NCBI GenBank assembly: GCA_023254095.1
Contig: JALNLM010000024.1
Location: forward strand, 1-12,431
Direction: 5' to 3'
Length of the DNA stretch: 12,431 nt
Source of the DNA: Candidatus Geocrenenecus huangii
GTDB lineage: Archaea; Thermoproteota; Nitrososphaeria_A; Caldarchaeales; Wolframiiraptoraceae
Below the pieces are notes generated by a model. That model saw nothing but the letters and a program-made list of their open reading frames with translations. It was not told where the DNA came from and did not search any database. Positions 7,572 through 12,431 of the stretch are shown piece after piece. How positions within the stretch are numbered: position 1 is the first letter of the stretch; each line of letters starts with the position of its first letter. Position numbers and translations under genes: made by a program.

Positions 7572-8936
7572 TTGTCTGGAAGTCTTCTTGTAAAGAATGG
7601 CGTGATCGTAACATCCACGGGTATACAGAGGCTTGACATATTGATAATCGATGGAGTAATCGAAGCTCTAGGTAGAGACCTCAGAAGAGAAGATGCAGAA
7701 GTTCTAGACGCCGGCGGGCTACTAGTCTTCCCTGGAGCAGTTGATGAACATGTACATATGAGAGATCCAGGCTTAACCTATAAGGAGGATTTCGAGACTG
7801 GGACTATCGCCGCGGCGTTTGGTGGAGTAACAACTATACTGGAGATGCCTAATACTCTTCCACCCGTAGACTCGGCCAAGATCCTAAGAGAGAAGAGGAC
7901 TCTCCTAGAGAATAAAGCATATGTGGACTTTGGATTGTATGGGGTACTCCACGACTCGAATATAGATGATTTACCAGAGATGTGGATGGAGGGTGCCGTG
8001 GGGTTCAAGATATTTCTAGGCCCGACAACCGGGAACATTCCTGCACCATCTGATAAGACCTTGATCAAAGCATTTGAAGAAAGCGCAGCTCACGGTTTCA
8101 CTCTAGCTCTCCATGCAGAAAACTATAAACTTGTTGAACACTATACAGAGAATGTCAAGAAGACTGGACGTAACGACGCAGATGTCTACCCGGATTCAAG
8201 ACCAAACATATGTGAAGAAGAAGCTGTATCGAGAATTATTCTATTCGCCAAGAAGACGGGGGGAAGAGCATTGATAGTTCATACAAGCACGAATGAAGCA
8301 GTATCGTTAATTAGAGAAGCGAAGATGAGAAACATTAAAGTGTTCTGTGAAACGTGTCCACAGTATTTGCTGATGACCCGTGAAGCGTACAGGAGGCTTG
8401 GGACTCTTGTAAAGATAAATCCTCCGTTGAGAGATGAGAAGGATAGAGAAGCATTATGGGATGGGCTAAGAGGAGGAATAGTGGATACCGTCGGGTCAGA
8501 CCATGCCCCTCACAGCTACGAAGAAAAAACCGTAAATAATGTCTGGGAGGCTGCAGCAGGATTCATAGGAGTAGAAACACTGTTTCCATTAATTCTTGAT
8601 TCGGCTTTAAGAGGGCTGATACCACTAGAGAAGATACCACTAGTACTCTCTGAGAACCCGGCCAGGATATTCGGCATATATCCTCGGAAAGGATCGATAA
8701 CAACTGGAGCAGACGGAGACCTAGTCATAGTAGATCCAACGCGGGAAAATACGATAAAGGCGGATAAGCTACATAGTAAGCATAGGTTGACACCCTATGA
8801 TGGAGTGAAGGTCAAAGGTAGGATTAAGTATACAATACTACGTGGAGTAAAGATAATCGATGACGGGGAACTCGTAAATGAGAAGATGGGTAGATTCATT
8901 AAGCCCATAACGAGAGATGACGTCACACTAACCTAA
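7572..8936 (+). CDS. pyrC: Dihydroorotase (long, allantoinase-like cyclic amidohydrolase type)
   Basis: PGAVDEHVHMRDPG (HxHxR), GGVTT, EMPNT, GFKIF (carbamylated Lys position), LHAE, VHTS, ETCPQYL, KINPPLR, SDHAPH, NPARIFG, GADGDL. The Arg/Asn/His substrate residues fit DHOase, and pyrB is about 1 kb away. TTG start preceded by GGTG. Confidence 0.8.
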   Translation: MSGSLLVKNGVIVTSTGIQRLDILIIDGVIEALGRDLRREDAEVLDAGGLLVFPGAVDEHVHMRDPGLTYKEDFETGTIAAAFGGVTTILEMPNTLPPVDSAKILREKRTLLENKAYVDFGLYGVLHDSNIDDLPEMWMEGAVGFKIFLGPTTGNIPAPSDKTLIKAFEESAAHGFTLALHAENYKLVEHYTENVKKTGRNDADVYPDSRPNICEEEAVSRIILFAKKTGGRALIVHTSTNEAVSLIREAKMRNIKVFCETCPQYLLMTREAYRRLGTLVKINPPLRDEKDREALWDGLRGGIVDTVGSDHAPHSYEEKTVNNVWEAAAGFIGVETLFPLILDSALRGLIPLEKIPLVLSENPARIFGIYPRKGSITTGADGDLVIVDPTRENTIKADKLHSKHRLTPYDGVKVKGRIKYTILRGVKIIDDGELVNEKMGRFIKPITRDDVTLT

Positions 8937-9045
8937 TAAATCGCAACGACTGCTATTAACGTCTTCACCTATAGATAACTTGTAGAAATTGTTGACTTTC
9001 ATATGTTGACTCCCTACCAAATCGAATCTTGGTAAAAATCACTAG

Positions 9046-9059
9046 ATGAGAGGTGTATC
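9046..9059 (+). repeat. 14-bp inverted repeat, copy 2 (ATGAGAGGTGTATC, intergenic, downstream of pyrC)
   Basis: Exact match to the first 14 nt of the pyrB ORF on the opposite strand. Confidence 0.6.
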
Positions 9060-9166
9060 TCCGACTTAACGAGTTTCTTCCTTGGTGGCCATTACTCATT
9101 CCATCAACTGCTGTGAGCCTCTACTGATCCATCGCTAGATTCTCAGACCTAATGTTTCCTTATATT

Positions 9167-9289
9167 TCAGTCTACTTCTATCCCATGTTTTCTTAAAGCT
9201 TCCTTAATCTTAGCTATCTCTTCTTTTAACATCTTGATCTCTTTAATTATCATCTCGATGTCGGATGGGAAGATGCTTGAAGGTATCAT
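9167..9289 (-). CDS. Small 40-aa coiled-coil hypothetical protein MIPSSIFPSDIEMIIKEIKMLKEEIAKIKEALRKHGIEVD
   Basis: Translated by hand from ATG 9289 to TGA 9167. Clean 3-4 heptad pattern, E/K/I-rich like the neighbouring proteins. TATA-like AAAGTTAATA 25-34 bp upstream. Confidence 0.7.
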   Translation of the reverse strand: MIPSSIFPSDIEMIIKEIKMLKEEIAKIKEALRKHGIEVD

Positions 9290-9313
9290 AATAATAGGTA
9301 TTTCTGTCTAGAC

Positions 9314-9323
9314 TATTAACTTT
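9314..9323 (-). promoter_or_regulatory. Probable BRE/TATA for a leaderless transcript of the 40-aa ORF
   Basis: Minus strand reads gtAAAGTTAATAg, with TTAATA 25-30 nt before ATG 9289, the canonical archaeal spacing. Confidence 0.4.
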
Positions 9324-9480
9324 ACTTACGCGGTTCCGAGATAAATCTCTTCGCCCTATTTCTCTGTGAAGCCTTCTTGGAAAGTTAGTCTACATTGATT
9401 GATGAATTAACGTAATGTAATATCTACCTCTATAACATGCTAATATTCATTACATCGCTCTTTGATAATAGTATCTGGAG

Positions 9481-11622
9481 ATGAAGGAAGAAACAGATTA
9501 TCTGAAGTATCTTTTTGACCCAGCCTCAATCGCCGTCATAGGTGTTTCACAGAACCCCTCAAAGATAGGAAGCATAATATATCATAGACTCATTAATAAT
9601 AAAAACTTGGGAATCCTTAAAGCAGAGGTTTACCCCGTCAATCCAAAAATAAGCTCCCTAAACGGTGTAAAAGTCTACCCCACTATATCTAAAATCCAAG
9701 ATGATGTCGATCTAGCAGTTATTGCTGTCCCAGCGGAGAGTGTGCCTGAAGTTGTGAGAGAAGCAGGTGGAAAAAACGTTAAGGTAGCCATAATAATTAG
9801 TGGAGGATTCGCAGAAAGCGGTAGAAAAGACCTAGACGAAAAATTGAGAAAAGCTATACAGGAGACGAGCATACGGGTTGTTGGACCAAATACTATAGGA
9901 ATACTTGATCCCTATAGTGGAGTGGATACATTCTTCCTACCTAGGTTTAAGCCATTATCAAATAGGGGGATGGCTGAGAGTCTTCCAGAGGTTCAACCCG
10001 GAAATGTCGCAGTGATCTCTCAAAGCGGTGCCTTAAGCGAGATAATAATGGATTGCCTAAAAGTGAGCGGGATAGGTATTCGGTCAATAGTATGCGTTGG
10101 AAATCAAGTAGACCTTACTGTTGAAGATTTCCTTAGATATTTTTCACGAGATCCATTAACGAAAGTTATAGCATTGTATCTTGAAGGGGTTAGCGATGGT
10201 CGGAGATTCCTTAATGCTTTGATTGAAGCTTCGACTGAGAAACCTGTAGTAGTACTTAAAGCAGGAAAGACAGAAGTAGCGGGTAGGGCAGCATATACCC
10301 ATACTGCTAGCATGGTTGGAAGCATTGAAGTATATAGAGGGGCGTTCAAGCAAGCGAGAGTAATAGAAGTTGAAGACATGGAGGAGATGATTGATATTGT
10401 TAAAGCTTTCAGTATTATGAAACCCGCTAAAGGCAATAGATTATTTATCCTAACTAATGCGGGAGGTTTAGCGGTCATCTCATCCGATCTAGCTTTGCGG
10501 TACGGTTTAACGATTCCAAACATACCAGAAGAAGTTTACAGGAATCTCGATGAGCTAAGAATGAAGAAGATAATCGACCCGATCGTTGTCCTACAAAATC
10601 CACTAGACTTAACAGCGCAGGGAACCTCTGAAACCTTTGAAAAAGTATTTAGAGTAGTTGCAGCCAGCGGGTTTTTCGATCTCTATCTATTGATGCCAAG
10701 TCATCAGCCCCCCACGGTTGATGATACCGTTATAGATAAATTATTCAAAGTATGCAAAGAACATGATTGTGTTGCAGTAGTATGTGAGCATGGAGAATCA
10801 GAATGGTCCAAGTACATAAGAGAAAGATTCGATCAACTAGGCATACCTGCATATCCGGATGTGAGGAGAGCTTTACGTGCCCTCTCAGCCTTAGCAACAC
10901 ATAGAAGACCAGCGAATAGATTATTTGAGAAAACCCTAAATGTGAACAAGATCGCATGGTTAGATGACCTAGAGGATGGGCCACTAGATTTAGAGAATGC
11001 TGTAAAACTCTTAAACCATTATGATTTATCAACTCCAAAAACTTTGAAAATCTCGAGTGAGGATGAATTAGAATACGTGAGTAGAGAATTGTCTTTTCCA
11101 TTGGTTATGAAGATCTACTCTAGGAAGATTACTCATAAAACGGATATAGGTGGAGTAGTAGTTGGTTTAAAAACATACGATGAGCTAAGAGAATCATATA
11201 ATAGATTGAGGAAAAAGATATCCGAGATGGGCATAGAGTGGGAGGGAGTAATTATTCAAGAAATGGTTAAGGGAGTAGAGCTACTCCTTGGGTCAAGCCA
11301 TGACCCGGTCTTCGGGCCTACAATCACTTTCGGTATAGGAGGAGTACTCACAGAAGTTTTAAGAGACTTCTCGGTAAGAATCGCCCCCGTAACCCTCGAT
11401 GACGCATTGGAAATGATCAATGAATTAAGAACTAAAAAGGTTCTTGAAGGTTTCAGAGATCTACCCCCGGTCAATCTAACCGAGCTCGCCTGGACAATCT
11501 CAAAGTTCTCGAGGATAACCTGGGAGAATCCTTCGATAAAGCAGTTAGAGATAAATCCATTAATAGCTTCAGGGAATAGGTTTGAAGCTGTGGATGTTAG
11601 AGGATTAATTACTAGAATCTAA
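9481..11622 (+). CDS. acdAB: Acetate--CoA ligase (ADP-forming) / acyl-CoA synthetase, fused alpha-beta subunits
   Basis: CoA-binding domain (SIAVIGVS, YPVNPK, DLAVIAVP, IISGGFAE, GPNTIG), SQSGAL, phospho-His motif AYTHTASMVG, TNAGG, NPLDLT, ATP-grasp domain (FPLVMK, HKTDIGGV, QEMV, DPVFGP, LEINPL, VDVR). GGAG directly before the ATG. No GNAT domain. Confidence 0.92.
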   Translation: MKEETDYLKYLFDPASIAVIGVSQNPSKIGSIIYHRLINNKNLGILKAEVYPVNPKISSLNGVKVYPTISKIQDDVDLAVIAVPAESVPEVVREAGGKNVKVAIIISGGFAESGRKDLDEKLRKAIQETSIRVVGPNTIGILDPYSGVDTFFLPRFKPLSNRGMAESLPEVQPGNVAVISQSGALSEIIMDCLKVSGIGIRSIVCVGNQVDLTVEDFLRYFSRDPLTKVIALYLEGVSDGRRFLNALIEASTEKPVVVLKAGKTEVAGRAAYTHTASMVGSIEVYRGAFKQARVIEVEDMEEMIDIVKAFSIMKPAKGNRLFILTNAGGLAVISSDLALRYGLTIPNIPEEVYRNLDELRMKKIIDPIVVLQNPLDLTAQGTSETFEKVFRVVAASGFFDLYLLMPSHQPPTVDDTVIDKLFKVCKEHDCVAVVCEHGESEWSKYIRERFDQLGIPAYPDVRRALRALSALATHRRPANRLFEKTLNVNKIAWLDDLEDGPLDLENAVKLLNHYDLSTPKTLKISSEDELEYVSRELSFPLVMKIYSRKITHKTDIGGVVVGLKTYDELRESYNRLRKKISEMGIEWEGVIIQEMVKGVELLLGSSHDPVFGPTITFGIGGVLTEVLRDFSVRIAPVTLDDALEMINELRTKKVLEGFRDLPPVNLTELAWTISKFSRITWENPSIKQLEINPLIASGNRFEAVDVRGLITRI

Positions 11623-11698
11623 AGTCACGGTATACTATATTGTATTAGATACTTTCCACGATTGATCTTATTAGACCCTAAAGATGATAAAATATGTT

Positions 11699-12400
11699 CT
11701 AGGCGGTTGGCTCAACTATGCTTTGTTGTTTATACCATTCATCTTCTGTGAAGGCATTAGCTAAAGCTTCTCCAAAGGCTATGAATGTTGCATACCATAG
11801 ATTATAGGGATCTTCGCCTCTGATTAAGTCTACGTGAAGTGTTCCACCGATTGCTTGAGCAAACTCTACGAAGAATGATTTTAATGCTTCTTCAGATATT
11901 TCTCCCACCCTACCGAAGAATTTTACATTCGGCCCCCTTGTTATCCAGCATCCCGCTTTACCAGTTAAAAGAATTCTAACCTCCGCGAAGGCCTCACCAT
12001 ACAACCCCTGACTATATCCTAGTTTTCTTATACCTGTTGTTTTGCTTTTTTCTTGTGTTAGGATTCTCAGAGCTTCACCCAAGACTTTCCCTATATTTCC
12101 GATGATCCATGTACTCGATTTTACTGTATTAGTCTCAAGACGTAGATCAATGTTTAACTTAGAGTATTGAGCTAGTAGCCTTAGCATTTCGTCGAAGGAT
12201 CTTACACTAGTGTTTATGTTCCAGCTTTCCTTCGAACCCATCGTTATCCTGCAGTTTACAGTGGCGTCTTCTACACCCTTAACTATCTTTACAGCCTGAG
12301 GACTTGCTTCTAATACTTTGAAAAATGATCTTCGTCTAGGTCTTTCTACCTTTTCAATTTCTGTAGAAGTATTCGTACTATGTGAGGAAAAACTGTGCAT
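11699..12400 (-). CDS. Imidazoleglycerol-phosphate dehydratase (HisB)-fold protein lacking the catalytic metal ligands
   Basis: Scaffold motifs align with IGPD: INTSVRSFDEMLRLLA (cf. TGxxFxDHML), IGKVLGEAL, GIRKLG (cf. GIxRyG), GEA (cf. MDEA), FFVEFA, TLHV, GED, FIAFGEAL (cf. FKAfgxAL). Both HHxxE motifs are absent. Confidence 0.8.
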   Translation of the reverse strand: MHSFSSHSTNTSTEIEKVERPRRRSFFKVLEASPQAVKIVKGVEDATVNCRITMGSKESWNINTSVRSFDEMLRLLAQYSKLNIDLRLETNTVKSSTWIIGNIGKVLGEALRILTQEKSKTTGIRKLGYSQGLYGEAFAEVRILLTGKAGCWITRGPNVKFFGRVGEISEEALKSFFVEFAQAIGGTLHVDLIRGEDPYNLWYATFIAFGEALANAFTEDEWYKQQSIVEPTA

Positions 12401-12431
12401 CCTAGTGTTGTAGTTTCATGACTAAATATTA

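Noticed and set aside
7572-8936. Allantoinase or dihydropyrimidinase assignment
   Set aside because: HxHxR, MPNT and DHAPH plus proximity to pyrB favour dihydroorotase, although this is not proven.
9044-9090. Degenerate C/D-box sRNA (AGATGA...CCGA...TAACGA)
   Set aside because: The C box is poor and there is no terminal CTGA at guide distance.
9053-9127. 24-aa hydrophobic + strand ORF from GTG (MYLRLNEFLPWWPLLIPSTAVSLY)
   Set aside because: Too short, no convincing RBS or promoter, no recognisable family.
218-11474. Short overlapping ORFs in the track (for example 218-514, 2665-2988, 3956-4282, 4454-4765, 6797-7054, 7778-8068, 10104-10523, 10745-11101)
   Set aside because: They are antisense or alternate-frame shadows of well-supported genes, mostly with Ser/Pro/Ile-rich shadow composition and no motifs.
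9481-11622. Protein lysine acetyltransferase (Pat) assignment
   Set aside because: No GNAT domain, and the phospho-accepting His motifs (HTAS, HKTD) are retained.
12317-12343. RPRRRSFFK near the N-terminus of the HisB-like protein resembles a twin-arginine (RRxFLK) Tat motif
   Set aside because: No hydrophobic h-region follows (VLEASPQAVKIVK) and there is no cleavage site, so export is unsupported.
11699-12400. Calling the ORF a functional hisB
   Set aside because: Both HHxxE motifs and the DHM His are missing, so the gene symbol was withheld.
1-12431. tRNA, rRNA, CRISPR array, IS element or integrase
   Set aside because: No cloverleaf-like GC-rich intergenic segment, no regularly spaced repeats and no transposase or recombinase motifs were found by eye.

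Overview
Gene-dense archaeal-type housekeeping region, probably from a thermophilic TACK-like archaeon (inferred from TATA-like promoters, GGTG-type ribosome-binding sites, Sua5 with a SUA5 domain and a fused ADP-forming acyl-CoA synthetase). Left to right: a 5'-truncated CPH-type (P1B-3/CopB) copper ATPase with a C-terminal TRASH/YHS domain (+); an unexplained ~320-bp gap; a minus-strand run of Sua5, a pyruvoyl SpeD-like decarboxylase, a divergent PiT-family transporter, a DUF47/PhoU-like protein, pyrB and a sugar-phosphate nucleotidyltransferase; dihydroorotase pyrC (+); a 40-aa coiled-coil ORF missing from the ORF track (-); a fused alpha-beta acetate-CoA ligase (+); and a HisB/IGPD-fold protein (-). 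No tRNA, rRNA, CRISPR or transposase was seen. The most notable items are (1) the intact HisB-fold ORF that has lost both HHxxE metal-binding motifs, a candidate pseudoenzyme or neofunctionalised protein; (2) an exact 14-bp inverted repeat linking the pyrB translation start to the non-coding region downstream of pyrC; (3) a PiT homolog lacking its signature aspartates; and (4) start-site-occluding hairpins in front of the DUF47 gene and sua5.
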